DNA from: a virus
Taxonomy: Duplodnaviria; Caudoviricetes
DNA: 60,656 nucleotides
Virus record (IMG/VR): IMGVR_UViG_3300044691_000256
Location: 1 to 60,656 of that record
Direction: 5' to 3' (one strand)
The notes under the pieces are model-generated. The model was not told where the DNA came from. It was given only the letters and a program-made list of their open reading frames with translations, and made no database searches. Position 1 is the stretch's first letter; the number at the start of each line of letters is the position of its first letter. Below, piece after piece: positions 52,281 through 60,656 of this stretch. The translations under genes and the position numbers were made by a program.

Positions 52281-54076
52281 TGGACAATGCACTAAAATTC
52301 GTTTTCGCGGCAACATTGCTCTTGTCTGGGGTGGCCTACGCTCAGATTCCGGTTACACCCGGAGGCGGGGGCGGAAGTTCCGCATCAGTCTGCCCGCTGA
52401 AGAATGCAACCAATATCTGCATCACCGAAGCACCGTACAACGCTGTGGGCAACGGCACGACCGATAACACCGCAGCATTTATCGCGGCCATCGCAGCACT
52501 CAACGCTCAACCAGGATGCGGAACCATTTGGGGGCCGGCTGGAGTCTTCGCTGTCAATGGTCCCTTGCTCGACACGAGCGGGGCTAACGCTGTTCTGCCC
52601 ATGCCGACGATTCCCAACTATGACCCGAATCTATGTCTGATTTCAATTCGAGGCTATCAGCCTGCAACGACTCCGAACGTGGGGTTTGTTATCAAGACTT
52701 CGCACACTGGAGGAGGGAGTTTTATCGGCGGATTCGACAGCGCTACGGGTGGGGGGTTCCCGCCATTTACCAACGTGTGGCTCGATTTGCAAGACGTTCT
52801 CCTGCTCGGACCCGATAACCCGGATTTCGTGATGGTGAACGCTCTGCACATCATCGACTTTACGCATAAAAACTTAGTCATCGAAACCGCCACGAATGCC
52901 CAACCTTCTAATGCTGCGGGATGGGGGATCAGATATCCAACTCTCGCGAACGGGACGCATCTTGTAGGGGAAGGATTCAACGCAATTCTCGGATTCTATA
53001 ACTGCCTTCAGACTGGAGAGCACCTGAACCTCTCTACGATGGATTGTGAGTTCTACGTAAATGGCATAGTAGCTGACAACGGAGCTAATATCGGAGCATA
53101 CCGGGGAAACACGGCTCACGTCACTTATGCATGGCTCGGGCCCGGAAACAATCAGATTGCCGCAGGGCCGAATAAATCAGCGCTGCAAATTGACACAGTT
53201 GATTTTGAGCACGGTACGGGACTGGCCGTCAATGACCCAAGCAATTTGATTTACGGGGTGGGCAACTACAACGTTCCGGAACCTATTGGCGCATACAACT
53301 ATTGCGCTATCCCCGTAAGCGGGGGAACAAACTTCACATTGAAGTCTTTGTGGTGCCCCGCCGTTACAAGCACCTTTGTTCCGACCCTAAATCTAGTGGA
53401 CAATTGGCAGTCTCAAGATGGTTCGGGCACAACTCTTGCTAATACGGGTTCGGATTCAACCAACTCCGCAGCAACTACTAGTGTGACGTGGGTATCCGCA
53501 ACCGGATTTACCGGTAATGTAGCTACCTACAACGGAACCTCGTCGCTTGCCACCGCGACGAGCGCGGCGAGTACTAATTTTGACGGGACGACGCCCTTCT
53601 CTGTCTGCGCATGGATCAACGTAAGCTCTTATGCGTTCAACGCAGCTTTCATCGCCGACAATTTGAATTCAACCGCAACGACAGGGTGGGGCCTTGGCAT
53701 ATTCGGCACGACGAGCGGTACTGCCGGAAGGATCATAGCCGACGTTATGAGCGCTTCGGGAAATGGGATTTTCATGCAGACTACCGCCGCCACCATCCCA
53801 GCAACCGGCACCCTGAATCTCGCCTGCATGACTTATGATGCAACGAAAACCGCAGCCGGGACTCTCGTTTACGTAAATGGATCTGTGGCGGCGACCACGG
53901 CCAGCCAAAACAACCTTACTGGGTCTATAGCCAGTGGACAGTCTGTGATGTTGGGAGAGTCGCGTTTTGGTGGGCAATTCTTCCCTGGAGCTATTGGCCG
54001 GGTGCGAGTATACAGCAGGTTGCTGTCTGCATCCGACATCTCGCAAATGTTCGCCCTTGGACCTAATACGTTCTAG
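52280..54076 (+). CDS. Tailspike/adhesin-like protein (beta-helix + C-terminal LamG)
   Basis: YNAVGNGTTDNTAAF..AI; FSVCAWIN...YVNG...F.GAI..VRVYSR.LSA.DI. Confidence 0.8.
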   Translation: MDNALKFVFAATLLLSGVAYAQIPVTPGGGGGSSASVCPLKNATNICITEAPYNAVGNGTTDNTAAFIAAIAALNAQPGCGTIWGPAGVFAVNGPLLDTSGANAVLPMPTIPNYDPNLCLISIRGYQPATTPNVGFVIKTSHTGGGSFIGGFDSATGGGFPPFTNVWLDLQDVLLLGPDNPDFVMVNALHIIDFTHKNLVIETATNAQPSNAAGWGIRYPTLANGTHLVGEGFNAILGFYNCLQTGEHLNLSTMDCEFYVNGIVADNGANIGAYRGNTAHVTYAWLGPGNNQIAAGPNKSALQIDTVDFEHGTGLAVNDPSNLIYGVGNYNVPEPIGAYNYCAIPVSGGTNFTLKSLWCPAVTSTFVPTLNLVDNWQSQDGSGTTLANTGSDSTNSAATTSVTWVSATGFTGNVATYNGTSSLATATSAASTNFDGTTPFSVCAWINVSSYAFNAAFIADNLNSTATTGWGLGIFGTTSGTAGRIIADVMSASGNGIFMQTTAATIPATGTLNLACMTYDATKTAAGTLVYVNGSVAATTASQNNLTGSIASGQSVMLGESRFGGQFFPGAIGRVRVYSRLLSASDISQMFALGPNTF

Positions 54077-54315
54077 AGCGGCTTGTCGCTTATCTTGATG
54101 CCGTCATAGCCGCAGACGTTTTTAGCAAACGAGAGAGCGTCTTTCTCTTCTACGAATATTGCTGTATCCACTTTGTTGTAGACGTTCCATTCACCAAGGC
54201 TTTCATTCCACGAAACAACGGCGCATTGTCCTCTGCTTGGCGTGGAAAAGTACTGAGTGGCATGGTGCCGGTTGCATCCGCAGAGGAGCAGTAAGAGTAT
54301 CACACATCTTCGCAT
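54073..54315 (-). CDS. Small lipoprotein, antisense to the late block
   Basis: MRR.hydrophobic.LCGC lipobox-like. Confidence 0.55.
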   Translation of the reverse strand: MRRCVILLLLLCGCNRHHATQYFSTPSRGQCAVVSWNESLGEWNVYNKVDTAIFVEEKDALSFAKNVCGYDGIKISDKPL

Positions 54316-54374
54316 CCCGATATTCTAGCACGGCGCGTCCATTTTCTGGATAAAAGTTCTTCTAAAGGAATCTC

Positions 54375-54638
54375 ATGAAAGAAACACGTTCTAAATCAGG
54401 TATGGGCGGCGGCAAGAAGAAGTCAGGCAAGAAAGCCCATCACGTCTCCATCCATCACGCCAAAGGCGGCGGCTACATTATGAAACATCACTCGGCGGCT
54501 GAAGAGTCTGCCGAGGATGAGATGAGTCCCGCACCCGACATGGCTTCCCTTCAACAGCAACTACAGGGAGCAATGGCACAGCCCGGCGCGGCCCCGGCAC
54601 CCGCTGGTCCCCCGGCTGGCGCACCTCCGGGAATGTAA
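54375..54638 (+). CDS. Hypothetical phage protein
   Basis: His/Lys-rich N-terminus, Pro/Ala tail. Confidence 0.65.
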   Translation: MKETRSKSGMGGGKKKSGKKAHHVSIHHAKGGGYIMKHHSAAEESAEDEMSPAPDMASLQQQLQGAMAQPGAAPAPAGPPAGAPPGM

Positions 54639-54642
54639 CTGA

Positions 54643-56583
54643 ATGGCTGTAACTTTTGACAACCTAGTCCACCAGTATGAAGACGCTTGGCGGATACCGT
54701 CTAACGAGCTTTTCGATTATCTCCTCCTGAGCTACGAGGATTTGATCAACGAAGCCAAGCTGGGCATGGACCGAATCCCCAACTCCCCTCTTGGCCGAGA
54801 AGTACGCCGTCGTTGCAAGCAAGACCTCTTTTTTTTGGCTAGGTATTTCACGTGGGTCACGAACCCAGCTTTTACGGGTGTCGGAGTTGAGAATAATCTA
54901 ATTGACGAGGCGCATTACAAAGTTGTCTGCGACCTGTTTGTCGAAAAAGACGACCGCCGTGCGATTGTAGATCAGTCAAAATTTAAGACCCGCCTCTTGC
55001 TGTGGCCCCGTTCGGGCATGAAGTCGACCATCGACCACGTCGACACGGTTCAGTGGATCTTGAATTTCCCCGAGATCCGCATCCTGTACCTCACGGCCAG
55101 CGAAGACCTCGCCGAAGGTTTCGTTCAGGAGATCAAGGGTCACTTTGTTATCCAGCAAGACAATCCAAGCTGGATGGTATTGTTCTTCCCGGAGTTTTGT
55201 GTTGCTGAAAAAGACTTGGGTGCGGCAAACACCTTTACCTGTCCTGTGTGGGCGGCCAAACAAAGAAAAAGAAAAGAACCCACGGTATTCGCCGGATCGG
55301 TCGGGAAAAACAAATCGGGTTGGCACTACGAACTCATCAAGGCCGACGACGCTGTATCGGACAAGAATTCTGAAAGTTCCGAGCAGTGCGAAACGATTTC
55401 GAAGAAGTTGTACCTTGCCGAGAAACTGCTTGTCCTCGGAGGAGTGTACATTGACTACGTCGGCACACGATATTCGCCAGAAGACCACTACGGAAAAATC
55501 CTGGAGAAGAACCTGGGTGATCCTGACATCAAAGTTACGGAGGGTCAGAACTGGACTCTGTGGACGAACGAGACTACAGGCGTCAAGATTCTTGTCGGGG
55601 TAGCAATCAAGATAAAACTAGAGGTTGTCCAGAAACTGGAAGCCGAAGGTAAGCAAGCGACTTTTCAAACCGCCGGTGCGGATGGATGCAGTTATCTCCT
55701 CCCGCACATCATGTCTTACAACTGGCTGATGCAGGACTTGGCCAAGGACGAAAAGAGTTTTGAAGGACAGCGTAACCAGAACCCCCGAGTCACTTCTTCG
55801 ATTGTCTTTGATCGAATTACTTTGCTCAAACAGACTCGCCCTTGGTCTGAGATGCCGGTTCAAGGTCCGGTTTCACAGGTGTGGGACTTTGCCTTCAGCT
55901 CTAAGAAGGGCAGAGACTACTCCACCGCCTGTTCGATTATGTGGGGCGAGGACAAAGAAAAAAAGGTCTCGGTCGGATTCGTTCAGCAGATCGTTCGCGA
56001 CAAGTTCAATCACTACACTCTGGCGCAGGCAATCGTCGATCTTGCGATACGATACAGACCTTTTGTTATCGGAGTAGAAGATGCGGCGGGTTCTCGGTTT
56101 CTCGAACCCACGATCCTGGCGGCGGCCATCAAGACCAAAGACGCGCACATCATCCAACTGTGCAGCCACATAGACTGGATAACTCCGGATAATCAGAAGG
56201 ATGCAAAGAAAGTCCGCATGGCTTCCCTGTATCCCTGGCTCAAAGAGGATCGTCTCCGCTTTCTCAATACGTGCATGGCCCCGAACAGCATGGATGTCCT
56301 GTACGGAGAGTTCGAAAAGTGTCTCACCAGCCACCACCACGACGATATCCCCGACGTTCTTTCCATGCAGCCGCGCTACGCCCCCCGAGCAACACAGGCG
56401 ATTGTAGAGAACAACGAAGAGATGATGAGTAGGTCAGACACTCTCTGGAACATGATCTACACCGAGGGTACCGACCAATTCGGCAGAGTAGGCTACGGCC
56501 CGGCACCAGTCCCCTTCAACCCAGAGCAGGAAGACATGCTAGAGGATGAGCCGAACGTCGATAGTTATTTTCAGTTTAGCTAG
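54643..56583 (+). CDS. terL: Terminase large subunit
   Basis: PRSGMKST Walker A, G.HY...KADD, VGTRY..ED.YG, WDFA...DYS and HDDIPD. Confidence 0.92.
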   Translation: MAVTFDNLVHQYEDAWRIPSNELFDYLLLSYEDLINEAKLGMDRIPNSPLGREVRRRCKQDLFFLARYFTWVTNPAFTGVGVENNLIDEAHYKVVCDLFVEKDDRRAIVDQSKFKTRLLLWPRSGMKSTIDHVDTVQWILNFPEIRILYLTASEDLAEGFVQEIKGHFVIQQDNPSWMVLFFPEFCVAEKDLGAANTFTCPVWAAKQRKRKEPTVFAGSVGKNKSGWHYELIKADDAVSDKNSESSEQCETISKKLYLAEKLLVLGGVYIDYVGTRYSPEDHYGKILEKNLGDPDIKVTEGQNWTLWTNETTGVKILVGVAIKIKLEVVQKLEAEGKQATFQTAGADGCSYLLPHIMSYNWLMQDLAKDEKSFEGQRNQNPRVTSSIVFDRITLLKQTRPWSEMPVQGPVSQVWDFAFSSKKGRDYSTACSIMWGEDKEKKVSVGFVQQIVRDKFNHYTLAQAIVDLAIRYRPFVIGVEDAAGSRFLEPTILAAAIKTKDAHIIQLCSHIDWITPDNQKDAKKVRMASLYPWLKEDRLRFLNTCMAPNSMDVLYGEFEKCLTSHHHDDIPDVLSMQPRYAPRATQAIVENNEEMMSRSDTLWNMIYTEGTDQFGRVGYGPAPVPFNPEQEDMLEDEPNVDSYFQFS

Positions 56584-56678
56584 ATCAGACGGCCCCGTTC
56601 GTTCACACGGGCAGAGGAAGGCAGCCTAAAACTGTCCATCCTGCGCCCGATTGGAACGTCGGGACACATTCAAAGTTT

Positions 56679-56785
56679 TGCTGAGTGAGTGGAGAAACGG
56701 CATTCCACCTCGTTCAACATCAGAGGCGGGCCGCCCGAGGTTATGCGGCAACGGCTCGTGTGCAGGTTCGAATCCTGCCTCAGCA
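56679..56785 (+). ncRNA. tRNA-like RNA (atypical anticodon arm)
   Basis: Acceptor TGCTGAG/CTCAGCA, T arm GCAGG-TTCGAAT-CCTGC, D-like stem GTGGA/TCCAC, long variable arm. Confidence 0.65.
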
Positions 56786-56948
56786 GAAATTTAATAAGTG
56801 TGGTGGCACCTGATCGGGTAAGTAGTTTTCCACCAGGGGCAGAATAAGCGCCCCAAAGTTTCGTGGCCGAGAAGTGGCCACGGTAGTCCATTTTCTGGAC
56901 AAAACATAAATTCACTAAATTCCCAATTAAAGTACTAAGAAAGCATCC

Positions 56949-57224
56949 ATGTCCGAAGATTTGATTAAACTTAGCCCCGCGATGGCCGATCCCGGCTCTG
57001 TCAGCGGTAAAGATTTCAAGGTAGCGGTTCCCAAAGCTGGCGAGGCTGGCGGCGCGAACGAGTTGGTAAAACTCTCCAAGTCCCAGGAGTCCCCGCGTGA
57101 CGTGGACGGTAAGGACTTCTCGGTCACGACCGCCAAGAGCGACGGAACCAGTGTTTCAATCGGCGCGTCTGTGGATTTCAAGACCGGCCTCGTTACCCCA
57201 TGCACTGTGACTTCCAAGAAATAG
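56949..57224 (+). CDS. Small protein with internal duplication
   Basis: (DLIKLS...GKDFKV)/(ELVKLS...GKDFSV). Confidence 0.65.
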   Translation: MSEDLIKLSPAMADPGSVSGKDFKVAVPKAGEAGGANELVKLSKSQESPRDVDGKDFSVTTAKSDGTSVSIGASVDFKTGLVTPCTVTSKK

Positions 57225-57251
57225 TCTCACCCTCCAAACAACAAGGCTGAG

Positions 57252-59321
57252 ATGATCATAGAAGCGCAGGTCCACGATACTGCTTTACCTATCACCCCGG
57301 AAGAGGCGAAGGCGGCACTGTCTACCGGATTATTCGCTGACGACCCTGCCCTCCGGTTGGTGGTTCAGGATACCGAACGCGCTGAATCCCACGAGATGAC
57401 GAAGTCGTGGATTTTGGGGTGGGACTCTGCCCGCCAGCTATACCAGTCGCCCCGCCGCCCCCGCTACTGGAGTGGTGGAACTACCGAAGCGGCCAGCATC
57501 AGCTTTTTCACGGTAGCTACGGCGGTCAACTCTCTGGTCCCCCAGATCATCGGTGGACTCTTTGCGGACAATCCTCCGTTCATGATCGAGGAGCACTCCG
57601 GAACGACCGACCAGGAAGCCCAGGCTATCGGCGGGGTACTCGCGTACCAGTTGGAAGATATCAACTTCCGCGAAGAACTTCGGCTGGGTGTTACGAACGC
57701 ATGTCTGTTCGGCACCACGATCTTCAAATGGGGCTGGGAGACTTACACCAAAGACCGGAAGATTTACAAGCGCAAAGCACCCGCAGTCACGATGCCCGCG
57801 CAGATCCCCGGAACTCCCGATATCCAGATAATGGACGACGACCTCGATGTAGAGATCGTCAAGGAAGTAATCGACCGGCCAACATTTGAGCACATAGTCA
57901 ACCTGAGACAAGTATTGGTTGACCCCAGCCTGAACGTACCGGACATTCGTAAAGCAAAGTACGTCATCCACCGGATGTTCATGACCTACCGCGATCTTGA
58001 GAAGCTTCGAGATCGGCCCGGCTTCGAGATTCCGTCCAAAGAGACAGTCCTCGAATGGTTCCTGCCGCCGGTTGAAGAGGCAGAGGGCGCGCCGCAAGAG
58101 CAGGGTGCTACAAACCCGCTGTACGACGCAAAAGCCGAACCGCGCTACGTCGATACTACTGTCAATCCCTTCGAACAGCCCTTAGAGGTTTTGGAGCGCT
58201 GGGATAATGGAAGCTACATCGTCGTACTGCAAAAGAAATTGACCATCTGCAACACCGAGAATCCCTACGGTAAGATCCCGTTCCTCTCGGTCGGCTGGTG
58301 GGACGTGCCGGAAGCGTTCTGGGGCCTCGGCCTTGGAAGAACAATCGGCAACGAACAGGAATTGCAAAAGGGTATCACGGATATCGCGCTCGACCAGGCG
58401 ACCCTCAACCTCAACGGCGTGTATGTCCGCGTTAGAGGAAAAAACATCCCGACCCAGAGCATACGAATTGCACCGGGCAAGATTATTGAAGTTGACGACA
58501 AAGACGGGTTCAAACCGCTTGATCGTCAGCCTGCCGTACCAGAAGCACAACAATTTCTGGCTATGTCGCAGGCGCGAGCTGAACAGGTATCGGGAGCAAA
58601 CGAAGCTTCCTCACAAGGTATCGCGGGCCAGTCAGGTCACTCCAACATGGCCCGGAGTTCAGCAGGCGCTCAGATTCTTGCCTCGGGCGCAAGCAACAGA
58701 GTTGAGGACTTCCTTGAGAAGTTGGCAGGACAAGTCCTCGTTCCGTTCCTCTACGAGATGTATGAAATGGATCGCGGGATGCTTCCGTTATCTCAACTGC
58801 GGTACATCCTCAACGATGAGTTGCAGCATGAGTTCGTCAAGGATGGTGGAGACTTAGTAGACCTGTTGAACGCCAAGGTGAAGTTCAGTATTCTCGCCGG
58901 GTCCAAGATGCAGGTCAAGCGGACAATGGCCCAGAGCCTCCCGCTGCTCACGCAGTACCTGATGAACCAGCAGACTCAAGAACAGTTGGCCTTGCAGAAT
59001 AAGAAGGTCGATGTTCTAGAGATATCCAGGATGTATTTTCGAATGAGCGGATGGACCACGGGCAATGACATTATTGTCGACATGACTCCGCAAGATCAGC
59101 AGAGACTGCAAGCCATGAATCCTGGGGCCGCAGCGCAGGCTAAACAGCAGGCACAGTTGCAGGGTCAATCTCAACTCCAGCAGCAGAAGTTTGAAAATGA
59201 ACAGCGCATTCTTGATCAAAGGAACACCGCGAAAGCCGCCGACGAAGTATTGCGACAAGTATTCGAAAAAGAGGCCACACCTCTAGCAGTCAACGGCGAA
59301 CCTAGCGCGACAGGACTCTAA
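57252..59321 (+). CDS. Portal protein (P22-like)
   Basis: 689 aa after terL; FGT.I.K.GW, .VDP, NPYGKIPF, FWG.G and Q-rich tail. Confidence 0.9.
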   Translation: MIIEAQVHDTALPITPEEAKAALSTGLFADDPALRLVVQDTERAESHEMTKSWILGWDSARQLYQSPRRPRYWSGGTTEAASISFFTVATAVNSLVPQIIGGLFADNPPFMIEEHSGTTDQEAQAIGGVLAYQLEDINFREELRLGVTNACLFGTTIFKWGWETYTKDRKIYKRKAPAVTMPAQIPGTPDIQIMDDDLDVEIVKEVIDRPTFEHIVNLRQVLVDPSLNVPDIRKAKYVIHRMFMTYRDLEKLRDRPGFEIPSKETVLEWFLPPVEEAEGAPQEQGATNPLYDAKAEPRYVDTTVNPFEQPLEVLERWDNGSYIVVLQKKLTICNTENPYGKIPFLSVGWWDVPEAFWGLGLGRTIGNEQELQKGITDIALDQATLNLNGVYVRVRGKNIPTQSIRIAPGKIIEVDDKDGFKPLDRQPAVPEAQQFLAMSQARAEQVSGANEASSQGIAGQSGHSNMARSSAGAQILASGASNRVEDFLEKLAGQVLVPFLYEMYEMDRGMLPLSQLRYILNDELQHEFVKDGGDLVDLLNAKVKFSILAGSKMQVKRTMAQSLPLLTQYLMNQQTQEQLALQNKKVDVLEISRMYFRMSGWTTGNDIIVDMTPQDQQRLQAMNPGAAAQAKQQAQLQGQSQLQQQKFENEQRILDQRNTAKAADEVLRQVFEKEATPLAVNGEPSATGL

Positions 59322-59327
59322 AGACTT

Positions 59328-59696
59328 ATGCAACCAGATGATAACGGTTTACTAAACGATATCGAGCAACTAAACGGCGCACCACTAGACGACGCAGACT
59401 ATGACGACGTTGCCCAGTGGCAGCGTGGGTTGGAACTACGAGGCGTAGTAACTACCCCGGCTTGGGAGATCATCCTCAACTCCCTCCAGTCTTACGCTGA
59501 TAAGGCCGCCGCAGCACTTCTTCAATTGCCCCCCGGCGACGAGCGAGTGATGTACGCACATGCCGCAGCCTCTGCCGCCGCGCAGATCAACACCAACTTT
59601 AGACTAGATGTCCAATCCGCGATAGAAGCGGCCAGCCAAGTCCCCGAAGTTCTCAAGCGAGGTCTCAGAAATGACATTACCCGAAGCGAGGGATAA
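59328..59696 (+). CDS. Hypothetical protein following portal
   Basis: L...PAW.II motif typical of post-portal genes. Confidence 0.65.
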   Translation: MQPDDNGLLNDIEQLNGAPLDDADYDDVAQWQRGLELRGVVTTPAWEIILNSLQSYADKAAAALLQLPPGDERVMYAHAAASAAAQINTNFRLDVQSAIEAASQVPEVLKRGLRNDITRSEG

Positions 59697-60099
59697 GGCT
59701 AGAGAAAAGGGATTGACCACGTACTTCGGCTACATGCACGGCCAACAAGTAATCACCTACGAGCTGGGCTTTTTAGAACCGGCGGACAAATGTAACGTAG
59801 GTCTGTTGTGCGCGATGCCCGACGGATACTTCCGCTGGGTGGCGATGGGCCGAGGTAATAGCTGGGAACAAGCCTTCACAGATGTAGATTCACGAATCAA
59901 CTGAACCGTCCAGAAAATGGACAAAAATCTCCGCTCCGCCCGGATTGGCGAAGGACAAAGTAAACATGGCAACTAACATAGACGAACTACGAACATTGGC
60001 ACAAGCACTGCTCGACGATACGCTCTCGGGATCGGCCAAAACCTCGGCAATCCGCACAATAAGTAAATATATGCTCGATGCCATTCGGGGAGGCAAATA

Positions 60100-60656
60100 A
60101 TGGCAACGACCCCACAGACAGACCCTTGGCTTGACACAGAATTTGGAACCGTAGACTTCCAGCACTACGCCGAGGACAAACTCCTCGAACCCGATACCGA
60201 AACCGCGATGATCCAGCCGGACTTCGGACAGGTGACTGCCCCCGCTGAAGTTGTGACGAACGTCCCGGCCCCCGAGCCAGAACCAATCGTGGTCGAAGTC
60301 GAACCCGAAGGCCCCGAAGTAATCGACCTCGGCGACGGCTCTCGCATCGAGATTGAAAAGTCAAGCAAAGGCTGGAAGGCTTCCCTGCTCACAGGCACAG
60401 GCGGCGCAGAAAACTTCTACGGCAAGACCAAGAACGAGCTGATCCAGAACATCGCCGTGGGCAAGTTGAACGCCACCAAGAAAATTCGTGAGCTGAACAA
60501 GCAGGTCAAGTTCGGGACTGGTAAAGATTCGACCCCGGCCACACGGCCCGTCATCGCACAACCTAAAACCTTGTCCGCTGACGAAGTCTTCTCTATCAAA
60601 ACAAAGCTGGAGAGTAACCCCGACCTTGCGTTAGAAGAGTGGTTCCAGGCCAAGAC
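60100..60656 (+). CDS. Putative scaffolding protein, truncated by window end
   Basis: GGAGG RBS, MATTPQTDPW..., acidic/Pro-rich, open to the end. Confidence 0.55.
   Translation, partial: MATTPQTDPWLDTEFGTVDFQHYAEDKLLEPDTETAMIQPDFGQVTAPAEVVTNVPAPEPEPIVVEVEPEGPEVIDLGDGSRIEIEKSSKGWKASLLTGTGGAENFYGKTKNELIQNIAVGKLNATKKIRELNKQVKFGTGKDSTPATRPVIAQPKTLSADEVFSIKTKLESNPDLALEEWFQAK

Larger units (their letters stand above)
2114..59922. repeat. Dispersed 15-bp interrupted palindrome GTCCAGAAAATGGAC
   Basis: 39 copies with the exact core TCCAGAAAATGGA found by eye (18 plus, 21 minus), plus about 9 variants. Confidence 0.97.

Noticed and set aside
56679-56785. tRNA-Sec or opal suppressor (TTCAA present)
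   Set aside because: No proper anticodon stem centres TCA; acceptor is 7 bp
56786-56900. Theta ribozyme after the tRNA-like RNA
   Set aside because: No P1/P3/L3/J4-2 pattern found
2114-59922. 15-bp motif as a CRISPR repeat
   Set aside because: Too short, irregularly spaced, in both orientations and intragenic; no cas operon
2114-59922. Motif as merely a restriction-modification site (contains CCAN5TGG)
   Set aside because: The N5 spacer and outer bases are also conserved, which such a site would not require; methylation is not excluded
83-60653. Many antisense or nested ORFs in the track (e.g. 11462-12130, 57438-58097, 40482-41090)
   Set aside because: Shadows of real genes, without RBS or motifs

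Overview
About 60 kb of a temperate tailed dsDNA phage genome, probably podovirus-like (P22-type portal). The integrase N-termini resemble ones I recall from Acidobacteriota, so that host is an inference. From 0.1-28 kb is a mostly leftward DNA metabolism block: EndoVII, two N4/N6 methyltransferases, a sigma-like factor, beta clamp, primase-helicase, DUF1376 protein, PD-(D/E)XK nuclease, UvrD, SSB, RecT/Bet, clamp loader and family A polymerase. From 29.7-33.8 kb are an excisionase and two convergent tyrosine integrases around an attP-like site. From 34-48 kb is a leftward early region of many small genes, and from 48.8 kb to the end is a rightward late block (lysozyme, structural proteins, large terminase, portal). 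Two non-genic layers stand out. (1) A 15-bp interrupted palindrome, GTCCA-GAAAA-TGGAC, occurs about 39 times with an exact 13-bp core (hand count) plus about 9 variants, both next to promoters and inside core genes in several reading frames. (2) Four predicted self-cleaving ribozymes (two HDV-like, two hammerheads) lie within 4 kb of the early region, each just 5' of a gene's RBS. There are also other structured RNAs and a tRNA-like RNA. All calls were made by eye; no searches or folding programs were run.
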